Assembly (NCBI RefSeq): GCF_006345805.1
Contig: NC_043001.1
Location: 92,690,001-92,754,000, forward strand
Direction of reading: 5' to 3'
Length of the DNA: 64,000 nt
From: Octopus sinensis
Lineage: Eukaryota
A program made the translations under genes and the position numbers. The notes under the pieces were generated by a model. The model was given only the letters and a program-made list of their open reading frames with translations. It made no database searches and was not told where the DNA came from. Below are positions 51,824 to 64,000 of this stretch, one piece after another; the stretch's first letter is position 1, and every line of letters starts with the position of its first letter.

Positions 51824-53635
51824 ATTATATATGACCAATATACATCATCAGACTAATTTTTAACCTTAACCTGATAAAGTTGGGTAGCTATGCCACTGTG
51901 GCTTTTGTCTATATAGTACTTAGAAAAAAAGTTACAATGAAGTATACACCAAAACTTTAAAAATGAAAAAAAAAAAGTGTTTTAATCAAAAGGCTATAAA
52001 GTGAAAGGAAATAAACTATAAAAATGCCACAAAAGAAAATCAGGAATCTCTTTGTTTACCAGTTAAAAATTCTAAAGTACATCAAAGATAAAACTAAAAC
52101 ACTAAACACCTAAAGCAACTTAAACAACCATTTTAAAAGAAGTAAACTCAATTAGATACATAACCTTTATTTCTGAGAATAAAGCATTGTTTGAATATGA
52201 AATTTAAGCAAATGTAACAGGAAAGATTACATTAACTGACATAAAAATTGTATTGTAAAAGATTGAAAAGTTTATCCCTACAAAATTCAATAAAGAAACA
52301 TTATATCTATAGAATATGAGTTAAACTGAAAATTCATAATCAAAAATATACTAACATCTTGTTCTCAGAAGCAGAACTGATTCTACAAGAATCTCTTTCA
52401 TGGAATCCTTTAAACATGCTATAATTACTTTCAGGGACAGAAAAGTCATATTAGTAACTATGAAATTTGAAATTTTAATGCATTGTACTACCTATAATTC
52501 ATATTTAGTCATATTTACTGACTCTCACTCCAGTCAATAAATAATCACTTCTGACTTTGGCTCCATAGCTTAGATTTCATATCCCTGCTTATACCTGCAT
52601 GGCTATGAAGGAAAGGGAAAAGTATGTACATACATACATATGCAATAGGTTTGTTCACTCAAAGCTAACAAGAACTACTTAACATCAATAACTGATGTCT
52701 AACACCTTCCAATGCACAGTCAAAAACAAAAGGCATGAGATGATGTAATTAAATGAGATAATTGAAACATGAACCTATCATCACATATGACAATGGCAAT
52801 AAGAACAAATATAAAGAAAAGCATGTTTAAATCCAAAACACACAAGTACAAATAGTAAAATCAAAGACTGAATATTTTAATTGGCAGGTATGTCAATACA
52901 AAAAGTACAGTGCAGACACACACACAACCTTCCAGAAGAAATTTGAAGGGATTGATTCTTAACTCATCTCTTTTATAAATGAATATATGTTACTAGAATT
53001 AATAGTCTGAAAGTACAGCATAAATAAACACTTTTAAAGAATGCTGATAATGTCTTCTCATACCTGATATTAAAGCACCAAATGAGGTGTAGAAAGAGCA
53101 GGAAAAAAAATCAGTCTTTTTCCTTCCTTCATTTATCCACTTACTCTTTCACATTAACTCTCATCTCAATAGTTTATATGTTCTGAAGTATTTAACCACC
53201 ACATAATTACATTATCAATATCACTATTAACAGTATCAGCAAGGGTTTATTTTAATTAGATGTGGTTTCTTGTAAATATAACAATAATAATATATTTTTA
53301 GTTTTTCTATCAGTAATTAAAAACAGAACAAGCTGAATTGGTTCTTTCCAAGGCCAAGGTCAGTGTTCTCAATGATAGCTAGTACTAGTAAACATATTTG
53401 ACCTCTGCTGACCACAAGGGTGTGATGCTTCTTTTGTCTCTTGATTGCAATGGGAAGCCCCATTGTTGAATTTCTTCTCACCACCTGCTGAACCTATTTA
53501 CAGACCTGCAGAATTTGGTCTCTTCACCAAACTGCTTCTTTTTTTCCTACTATCCCCTCCAACCCTCACATATTTATGATTATCTCAAGTTGAAATTAAA
53601 CATTTAATAATACCACACAGTCGTAGGAGCAAAGG

Positions 53636-53807
53636 TGGCATCTCAAGATGGTTAAAATACCAGTGACTGTGGGAGCACTTGGAATGGTCAAAAAAGCAAC
53701 TGGAAATTATTCAAGAATGATCCCTAGATTACCATCCATGAAGGAAGTGTAAAGGATTGTCTTAACTGATATGTCACATGTATTGAGAAGAACCATGTCA
53801 CTGTGAA
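53636..53807 (+). mobile_element. 3' fragment of an R4/Dong-type REL LINE
   Basis: WHLKMVKIPVTVGALGMVKK...EV*RIVLTDMSHVLRRTMSL* resembles the PIVIGALG..ILRRVL terminus of this clade. Confidence 0.65.
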
Positions 53808-54419
53808 TTTTCTTTCCTTTTTTGCCCTTTATGTTCTTTGTTTACTTTTATATTTTTTCCCTTTTCTCTCTGTCTTTCTCCCCCTTTTTTCTCTATTACA
53901 TAACTTTGTAAATGAACAATCTGATGTGTTTATTTTGAAGGCCTGTGAATGTATACAGTGCATTCTCTATCTTGGGTGTCAGGTAGTCATTTAGCAAGAA
54001 AGGGAAACAGAATTGAAAGAAGATGATAATGAAAATAATAATTAATGGGACCCATAACAAAACTAACCAAAAGAGAAAGAACGGCAGACAGATAATCATA
54101 GATAATATAAAATAGTTGATTTATGAGTTACACACACACACTACTATGCAACTCCCTTCCAAAAACATACAAGAATAAACTCATACTGTAAATACCCAAC
54201 AGAGATAACAAAACCCACATGTGCCATAGAAGCCGATGCCTGACAGAAGAACACAACCTGCACTGCACAAACAATACATGATATAAAAACTAATACAACA
54301 GAAGACTCAAATCAAACCCCATAACAAAACATTCTGAGACAATATCACCTCAACCCAAAAAAGAAAAAAATGGAGCACACCCTCCCTGCAAAAAGGTGCA
54401 ACAAATGATGCAATAGCAA

Positions 54420-57400
54420 GTTGCTTGAAATTTTCATATGATGTAAAATAATAGTGGTGATGACAATGGTAATGAATGTTACCTTACCTCAGTTTATGAG
54501 AGACAGGAGTTACAGAAAAACTCTGGTTGAAACAGCAAAAATTAAGCTGGGACTTTAAGGGAAGGCCTCTCATTTGGCAATGGTTCAGTAAAGATGCAGA
54601 CTGACCACAGCTGTTATGCTAATACAGTAACAGCAAACAATAAAGCAAGGAGGAGAAAGTGGACCAGCAAAGAAAACAGGATAGTGGTTCAGTGCTACTT
54701 AGAAAGTGAACCTTCTTTGATGTTAACACTTTGGGTAGAGAAGGGTATGTTTAAAGTGACTGAGCAGAGATTAGCTGATCAAGCTAATACTATTAGGAGA
54801 AGAAAGTGGATGACAGAATTGGGGGTAGAAGAGATCACAAGACAACTGGAAAAGAAAGACCAAGCAGTGGGAAAGACAAATAACAGCTCAAACCAAAGAA
54901 GAACCTAAAGGAAAAAATAATAATAGCACTACCAATAAGAAAAGGACAACTGGCACCAAAGTGATTTAAGTGAGGAAGATCAGAAGATTTTAGATGAGTT
55001 GCAGGAAGTAATAAGTAAAGAAGGAAGGGAAAGACTGCCAGCATTAAAAGGTACCAACAGAAGGAAGCTGCCAGAAATGACTAGGAAAATAGATTCTATT
55101 ATCGGTAGGGTAGATACTAAAAATATAGGAGACACTAACTTATTGATCTATGCAAGATTAGATACGTCGTTGGAAAAGATTTAAAAAGAGCAAATATGGA
55201 AAAGAAGACTACAAAATAAAGTGAAGACTTCTAAGACAAGATCTGAGTAGAAAAGAAGCCTGGAAAACAAACAAGTTAGGAAACACAAGATACAGATCTT
55301 GCCTCGAGGAAAGATGATACTTAGTCACAGAGAAAGGATTTGGAACAGTAATAGAAGAGTTGAAACTGCATATCATAGCAGTAGCAGGCAAGCTCTCCAG
55401 ATATCAGAAAAGAATAGATCAATATCAACAGAATAGATTGTTTGAGACAGACCAGAGATTTTATAACCAAATAAACAGAGGAGAACAAAGTACTCAAGAT
55501 GAGAAACCTAATGCAGAAGAAGCTAGAAAGTTCTGGAGTAATATTTGGGATAAGCCAGTCAATCATAGTGGAGATGCAGTATGGTTAAAGAAAGCAAAGG
55601 AAGAAATAGTGAGTGGAAGCAGCCAGATCTGAGATTAACTAGTACATTAATGAGTGAAGTGTAGGAAAAAATGCCAAAATGCCAAATTGGAAGGGCCCAG
55701 GACCAGAGTTAGTTCAAGGGTATCAACTAAAGAAATTCAGTAGTTTACATGAGAGGCTGAGGGAACAACTTCAGGAATACTTTAATGGAGGAATAATACC
55801 AGTTTGGATGACTAGCTAGCAACAATAGACCAATCACTTGCTTACCATTAGTGTGGAAGCTGTTAACAGGAAAGCATTTACAAGCACCTTCACAACCAGA
55901 ATTTACTACAAGAACAGAAAGGTTGCAGGAAGAAGGCTAGAGGAATGCATGATCTATTATATATAGACAAAGCAGTTCTAAATGAAGTAAAAGCTAGAAA
56001 GTATAATGTAAAAATAGCATGGATAGATTATAGGAAAGTCTATGACACGATTCCACACTCATGGATAAATGAATGTTTGCGTATATTAAGTATAGCAGAC
56101 AAAATAAGAGTATCAATTAGCTGTAATATAAAGAAACAGAAAGTAGATCTCTATTCAGGTGACACACTTTTATGGAAAGTTAATATCAAAGGAGGAATTT
56201 TCCAGGGGGACTCATTGCTCCCTTTAATATTTGTCTTATGTTTGATCCCCTTCAGTTTAGTATTAAGGAAGGCAAAGGCAGGGTATCAGTTCAGAAATAG
56301 TAACGGCAACATTAACCATTTGCTCTACATGGATGATCTGAAACTTTTTAGTAAGAACTAGATTTATTACTCAGCGTTGCTTGGTGGAGTATTCATGGAA
56401 TTGTTTGCCAGTTTGTAGAATGGGAATTCATGGTACTTATGCATGTATATATATTTAACCTAACTTCTGGACTTATTTAATTGGAACTGAATGACGTGTT
56501 TTTGTTTTTCTTTCTTAGAAAGTTACAAAATGTCAACATTCGTACCGGAAGTTGACTCATTTAATGTCAGAATAGGATTTACAGAAAAAATAAGGGCTTA
56601 AATCTAATCAAAAGTAAGAGAAATTATGCCAAATACAACTAAATTGAAAACGTTTTACCCCTGGCCATATTGGCAATTCTGAAAACTTCTGTGTGCGAAT
56701 TTTTACATGGGTAGAAGCCTTTTTTTAACAATTTTTATCCTGGAAATCACCTGTGACTTTTGTTTTAAAGTGAAAGAGAGGAGCAAATGAAAGATGTATG
56801 AACGTGTATATGAAATGGACATGTGTGTGTGTGTGTTACAGTGAGAGAGAAAGAGAGAGAGTGCCACTTACAAATACATGAGAACACACATGTTCATTCA
56901 CAAACTCTCTCTCTCTCTTTCACACACATTCATGTCCATTTCATATACACATACATACACCTTTCACTTTAAAACAAAAGTAAATAAATAAAATATTTTT
57001 ACGGAAATTAATGAACTCCAGATGATGAAATCACATTGTTAAAAATATTTTTAAATGATTAAAATATTGTGTATGTCAAAAGTCAACTATTTCTGAGATT
57101 AAGTGTGTGTATATGTCATAGATAGTAGACCCGTGTTCATGTTGATTGAACGCCATGACATTCATTATATGTGTGCGTATTCTGCATGTGTTGACATCAA
57201 GGAAACCATATTTTTATTGTCAAGAAATAACAAACAAAAATTGTGTTTAATCATTTAAATAGAGGTCCAAATATCACAAAACTTTGTACTGTACTGCCGA
57301 AGGTATGAAAATAAATATGCAAAAACAATCAAGATAAAATATACTATTTCTGAGATATTTTGGGGAACACACAAACATCTTTAGAGTTTTAGTATTACTG

Positions 57401-58875
57401 AGATGAAAAAGAGATAGATTACTTAATAGAAACTGTAAGACTCTTCATTAAAGATATGGATATGAAACTTGGCATACACAAGTGTGCAATATTAGTCAGT
57501 AGAAGGGGACAGGTAGTCAACAGCAAAGGCATCCAACTACCAGATGGCCAGGAGAGAGTTATAAGTATCTAGGAGTATTAGAATCTGACAGAGTACTAAC
57601 AACATAAAGGAAAACAAAAATTAAAAAGGAGTACATCAGAAAAGTGAGAAAACTCATGAAGTCAAAGCTAAATGGTCTGAATCTAGTGAAGGCTATAAAT
57701 ACTTGGGCAATATCGTTACTTTGATATTCAGCAGCTTTTGTAGATTGGACAAAAACTGAATTAGCAAAGCTAGAAAGAAGAACTAGGAAGGAATTCAGCA
57801 TGAATGGAGGACTCCACCCAAGAGCAGGAGTAGCATAATCATACTTACCTAGAAAGGGAAGGCGGAAGAGGGTTAATATCAGTAGAAGACTGTGTGGAGT
57901 TAGCTAGAGTAGATATAGACTACTATGTAGGTAATAGTGAATAATGTTTATTAAAAGCTGCCAGAGTCACAGCAAGACATAGGGAAACCAAAAACCCAAA
58001 CAAAGTTAAAAACCAGAAAAAAGAACCAAAATTATCCGACTGGCAGAGGAAGGCGTTGCATGGTAGATTCCCAAAGATAGTTGCAGCAAATAGTAGTAGT
58101 GAGATATGGTTGCAGAAAGGAAAGCTGAAGAGGGACACAAAAAGCTTGTTAGTAGCTGCACAAAATCAAGCATTAAGGGCTAATTCAGTAAAAGTGAAGA
58201 TAGACAAAAACAAAGTAGATTCCCAATATAGATTACACAAATCAAAAGAGGAAAGCTTTACTCATATAGTAAGTGAATGTAGCATGCTGGCACAAAAAGA
58301 ATGCAAAAAAAAAATACATGACAATCTAGGGAGAGCAATCCACTGGGAGCCAAATAGAAAACTAAGATTTGAACATACTGATATATGGTATGAACATGAA
58401 CCTATTAAAGTACTAGAAAGTAAGGAATACAAGATGTTGTGGGACTTTAACATTCAGACTGACAGAGTAATAGAAGCTAGAAGGCCTGATTTGGTAGTAG
58501 TAGATTAAAAGAATGGAAAGTACCAGATAATTGACTTTACAGTCCCAAATGATGAAAAAATCAATGAGAGGTATAGAAAAAATAGCTAAGTACCAGGACC
58601 TAGCAACTTACAGAGACTATAGAAAGTGTGGGTAAAATATACTCCAGTAGCTATATGTGCATTGGGAACTATCCCTAAAGATATGAGCAGATGGATAGAG
58701 GAAATGGACATAAAGCCCAGTTCAGTACAGCTTCAGAAAACAGTATTATTAGGGACAGCTGGGATACTTAGGAAGATTCTTGGCATCTAAGGCTACTTGT
58801 GGTAGCCCGATATTAGGATTCTTTTCCAACAGTCTAATCTGTTGAGTGTATATGAAAATAATAATAATTATAATA
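54420..58875 (+). mobile_element. Dong/R4-clade LINE (RT + CCHC + restriction-like endonuclease), degenerate, interrupted by a Helitron
   Basis: EQRLADQ, AWIDYRKVYDTIPHSW, GIFQGDSLLPL, HLLYMDDLKL, YKYLG, HGRF, HIVSEC..H, LWDFNIQTDRVIEARRPDLVVV, KYQDL, ALGTIPK; ends in (TAA)n, as expected for Dong-type targets. Confidence 0.93.
56358..57403 (-). mobile_element. non-autonomous Helitron (1046 bp)
   Basis: Minus strand begins A|TCTCAGTAATACT and ends with a degenerate hairpin ccaagcaacgctgag then taataaatCTAG|T. No TSD. Removing it restores the LINE frame KLFSKN-EKEIDYLIETVRLF. Confidence 0.88.
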
Positions 58876-61800
58876 TTAGATTTTTAATCAACATTGCTAT
58901 TCTAATTAAGTTTTAAGATTGTATTTATTTTTCTTCCATTTCATTTTTTAGTGTTGCATTTGCTAATTTCTACCCAAGAATTCTTGAGCCAAGCATAAGT
59001 AGTGTTCATGTGCATGTATGTGTGTCTGTATACACACACACACACATACATGTACATACAGGCACAGGAATGGCATAAACTTTATAGTTAAGAAGTTTGA
59101 TTCCCAAACATGTGGTTTTAGGTTAAGTCTCATAGTGCCAACCAACCAGAGGTTTGTAAGTTGATTTGGCAAGTAGACACTGTAAAGAAGCCGGCCATGT
59201 ATATATATATATATATATACACACATGCATGAGATTATAAATGCACTTGGGTGCATCTGTGAGTTTACATCTGCAATTGTTTTCTTAAAACACTGATATT
59301 TGAGCAGCCAACCTTAGTGGGATCACTGAAGACAGTACAGTATTGTTTCTATAGAATCACCACGATTTTTCTGGCATCATCATGAAGAGTGTCATTAACA
59401 TCAGTGTAACAATTGTTGAAACAACAAAATTTCCTGGTAAATGTGTAGAAGGTTTTGGGATTGTGTTTAATTTCCTTAACAGCCCAGTCTTCTGTTGTAA
59501 TCCTTTGATTGTTAATGAAAGTTTTCATACAATTCTGAAAATAATGCTTTTGTTGCTCAAGTGTTCTTATTACTCTTAACTTGGAGTGATACTAGAGGTA
59601 TTTTAGTTGATGTATTTACGTATTGGTTTAATCATATGATTGAAATGAACACTGTTACACATGCATTCATTTCTTATCAATTTTAGACGTCTTATGTTTT
59701 CCTTTTGCTCCTTTTTGTCAGCCATGCACTAATCCTAATAAACTTTACTTTCAAAGAACATTAAAAACAATGATAATGAATACAATGGATAATCAGCATT
59801 AAGCTTAGGAATCAATTTTTGTTCTTAAAACTGAAAATAAGTAAACATGTAAAGTTGATTAGGTAAATAGATTATCAACTACAAAAGAACTGGTATTCCT
59901 TATCAAGCTACCAACAATGGATGCATGTCTCACTAGGTTAATAATTCTAATGATAAATAGAGAATAAGAATGCACAATTTACAATATAATTAACAAGCAC
60001 ATTGCTAACTTGCAAGGGTGAACTGGATTCCTGTGACTGAAGTCACAGTACTTTATCTTAGACAAGAATCCCTGATCATGCCAATCAATTTTTAAATCAA
60101 AACTCTTGTTCAGATGTCTTGTTCCATTGATGGCAAGTATGCAACAGTTGACCCTATATTAAACTTGTTGAGCATAGCAAAAGTATCTAGCAATGCATAA
60201 AAATCTTACCAGTGTACAAGGTCTCTACTGCTAATAAGAAGCTTATCTCCCTTCATTTACACATTAGAAGTACTTTAGCTGGTGGTTGGAAATGCTATGA
60301 ATGTTTTTCAATGACTAAGCACTGAGACATACATACCAAAGAAGCTCGACAGTGGTAGTAATTGTCTCCATTTAAGTATGAGAAATAGCTTTCTAGTGCA
60401 GTGTGCTATGGTATAATTTGGATTCAATATCAAATTCTGGGAAATAACTGTTGATTCTGTCTAATGAGGAATCATATATCAAGTATGCCCAAACTTTAGA
60501 TATTTGAACTCTTTATACAGAAATAAAGCAAGCTCCTATAAATTATTTGTCATTACCACTTAACATGCATAAATTTATATACAGCATAGCACCTTCAATC
60601 ACTGACAAAGATGCTGGTTTCAAACTTGATTAATTTGAAATCATTTACCTCCATGATAAAAATAGAAGAGCCTAAATGACTTTTGATAGGTCTTCTATCA
60701 AGTTTCCAATATTTAGAATTGTTTTAACAAGTGTTTAAGCCATTTTTGTTGTTTACATTTCAATGGAAAATGAAAAGTAAGTGCATGCTATCTATAGTAA
60801 TGTAGCATATAAAGCCACAAGTGATAACAGTGAGTGGGTATTTAGAGATACTTTATGAAGTAAGGATAACAATAACAGTAAAATTTAAACCAGAAACTGT
60901 AAACTTCAACTGCTAAAGGTCTGATAGAGGATGAGGATGAAAACAATTTTACCTATGTAACTATCAATCTTATCATGATGATAAGTCAAATTCTACAAAC
61001 ATTAAAAGTAAGATCATGCAAAGACTTAAGTGTAAATCCATAAAGCATTTTGACAGGGACTATCATATAAAAGGTGTTAAAGCTATAGTGAAATATTATC
61101 AGACACATATTATTTCATTCCAAATTGAAGTGTCTTATCAAACACTGTAACAGGAAACAGTAACAAAAATTTAAGATACTATGATTAATGAATAATAAAT
61201 AGATATCTACTCTAGTGAAGGAAATGATTAGCTTAGAAGCACTATATTCTGCATGTACTCATACAATTGCTCAAGTGTTTTAGGTACACTGGGTGATAGT
61301 GATGTAGATTTTGCACCTTAGTTAATAAAGTAGTAGCAAATTCTAGTAAAGTAGTTGTGCGTTGCACAATCATTGGAGATGTTAGAGCTTATGCAGAAGA
61401 AAACAGTGAAAAACTATTTCTAAATCATGAATCATAAAAAGAACTACTGGAATGGTGCTGGATTTTAAATGTTTGTAACTTGATTTTAGATAGGTCTGTA
61501 AAACTGAAAACTACATTTAGACACTACTGTCTTCCTTTAATACCATGCTGCTAGAAGATTACAATAAACTAAACATACTATTTCCTGCAAAATCTCAAAA
61601 TCAGTGATTCAGAGCAAACACAAAGAAAGCTAAGAAATTCCACTACCAGTTTACTCATGCTTTAAAGGCCAAAGAAGTGTCCTTTGTCTGAACAAGTAGA
61701 ACTTTTAGTTGATGAATTCCTTCAATTTGCTAAAAGAAATCTGTGACTTTTGTCATAATTACCTTTAAGAAGATCTATATTGTGACCAGTGTCACAATTA

Positions 61801-64000
61801 CCTTAATAAGATCTATACTGTGACCTCTTGGGGTCACAGTATATTTTGTTTTGATTTGAAGGGACACAAAGATTACTACTGATAGTTCAATGAAAGACTG
61901 AACACAGAAACCTATACTACTGCAGCAAAATGTCAATTTAATAATGCGGAAAACATTAGCAGAGCTGGAGAGAGCTCTGGTATGGGCTACCAGTGCTAAA
62001 AACACACTTCAGGATATCTTAGGATATAATCCTCATGAACTTGTATTTGACTCCAACGCTAACACTCCTTCATTTCTGATTAACTAGTTATGCATTTGGG
62101 AATCTGTAACAATTAACGACAGGGTGAGAATAAATTAAAATGCTCTCCATACAGTAAGAAATAGTTTCATGAAGGATGAGGCAAGTAAAAGACACAAGAG
62201 TGTACTGGGGTCTTATGTAATGCGTTATGCCAATGAAAATTTTATGGTTGAGATCTATTATAGAAGACAAAACTTATCTCTTTGTTTACATATAGAAAGC
62301 ATTTAAAAACAGCTGGAAATACAATGTTTTACAGTGACTAAGTCCTGATAAATATGTCCAAACAAATTAACTTGCTAGAAATAGTCAGTAACTTTCTTTG
62401 AAATGACACCCAACTGTCTTCAAAAGAGAAGAATACAAGAGATACTGTCAGGGGGAAAATACGGGATGGACAGCATAAGACTAAACAAGAACAATATAGA
62501 GCAACAATGAAGTATTTTCATAGCAACAAGGAGCTGGTTAAGTTAATGTTATGTTTGCTATATCAAAGGTTAGATTGATGATTAACATTTCAAGAGTAAA
62601 GGCATTATCAGCATTATTATTATAATACAAAAGCTATTACATATTTTAATCATCAGGGATGTTATCCAGAGCTTTGGTGACATCCTCCTCTGCCTCCTTT
62701 AACATGCCAAGCACTTGACATGTGCTGGATGCTTTTAACATGGCACTGGCACAAGCACTTTTACATGGCACTGACACAGTGCTTTTTACAAGGCACTGGC
62801 ACAAATCTCTAGAAATCATTTAAAAACTTTCTTAGGATTAATGCATGATTCAGGATGCTATTTTCTGCCACCCAATAATAGTCTATCAATTCCAATATCC
62901 TACAACCTCTTATGTTGCAATATGGGTGCTATGTTGAGTGTACTAATCACTGCAGAGAAAATTTTTTTGCATTCCATAATCTCTTCATCTTTTTGGCTAG
63001 GTCCTGATATTTCTCAATGTTCTCTGTTCTTATTCTTATTCTTATTTAACATTTACTTTACAATGTCTATAGCCTTCAGGAAAACCTTCCAGCTCAATGA
63101 CACAAAACATTTTCAAATTGGACATATTCATGCGACAAGAATCCTTTTTCAGTTTAAGCCAAATCAAAAACTGGCAACATCTTGACATAAAACTAAGAAA
63201 TATTTTCAATAATTCTAACTATAGACTGTAATCATCATAAAATCAAAAAATTGCTATGCAGATTAAAGAAAATTAAACAACCAGAAAAGATTTTAGGAAA
63301 ACACATGATATGAAAATATTAAAGGTTGAATGAAATCTCACTAGTAACTTCTTTTTCTCCGTTTTTTCCCTCATAACAAAAAGTAAACCCAATTTAAAGA
63401 TTAGGAAATATGATAAAATAAATTATAATAGACATTTATATATGTCCAGAGTTGAGCTAAGAAGGAATATGAAGAGAATGTGTGTAAACACATTATATAC
63501 AATTTTACTCCCTGGAGTGAAGCCATGACAGATATGTAATAATCTATATACAGAAAATTTTGGAAGAGCTAGACCCTAATTTCAGCATTGAGTGTTATAC
63601 ATATGACTGAACTGAGCACCATTTTATTGTATCAAAGGTACTATCCACCCAACCTAAAATCAGGAGCTGGTATTGCTTGGATTTTTTTTGTTCTTTGGCA
63701 AGATATTAAATAGTTGTAGGCCTTTGAAACCTAAGCTATTGTGAATATAATATATATGTAGAGAGAGAGAGAGATTCAGATGAAAATGGTACTAAAGTTG
63801 AGGCACCAGAACTTAGTATGGTATTATCCATACAATTTCAAACCTTGTTGCTTATTTTGATTATATATATATATATGGATAGATAGATAAGATACCAAAA
63901 AAGGTAATTAGATATACATTACATACACACATATATTTGTGTAAGTGTGTGGGGGGAGGGGCATCTAGATATACACATCTTTATAAGCATTTTAAAATTA

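Overview
AT-rich eukaryotic genomic DNA; the SINE families and (TA)n/(CA)n density suggest an octopus or another coleoid cephalopod (inference). The whole window lies inside one large minus-strand gene, a turtle/IGSF9 (Dasm1)-family Ig-superfamily adhesion molecule. Four GT-AG exons (43143-43258, 35951-36104, 21474-21585, 14586-14764) splice in frame and encode an Ig domain followed by an FN3 domain, matching Ig5 and FN1 of Drosophila Turtle. Upstream exons lie beyond the window, and I found no FN2 or transmembrane exon. The 7 to >20 kb introns are filled with decayed mobile DNA: Penelope-like elements, a mariner, two maT/DD37D transposons, RTE and HERO fragments, a Dong/R4 LINE split by a non-autonomous Helitron, several SINE families, a 2.4-kb TA satellite and many fold-back inverted repeats. 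Top observations: (1) a clean in-frame 12-nt candidate microexon exactly at the Ig-FN3 linker; (2) a near-perfect ~427-bp tandem duplication in which each unit carries a minimal type I hammerhead ribozyme with a palindromic stem III (retrozyme-like dimer); (3) a base-precise Helitron insertion just after the YMDD motif of the LINE reverse transcriptase; (4) a candidate alternative exon after FN3 that could give a secreted isoform. Most ORF-track entries are microsatellite artefacts. All family assignments come from reading the sequence by eye, without database searches.
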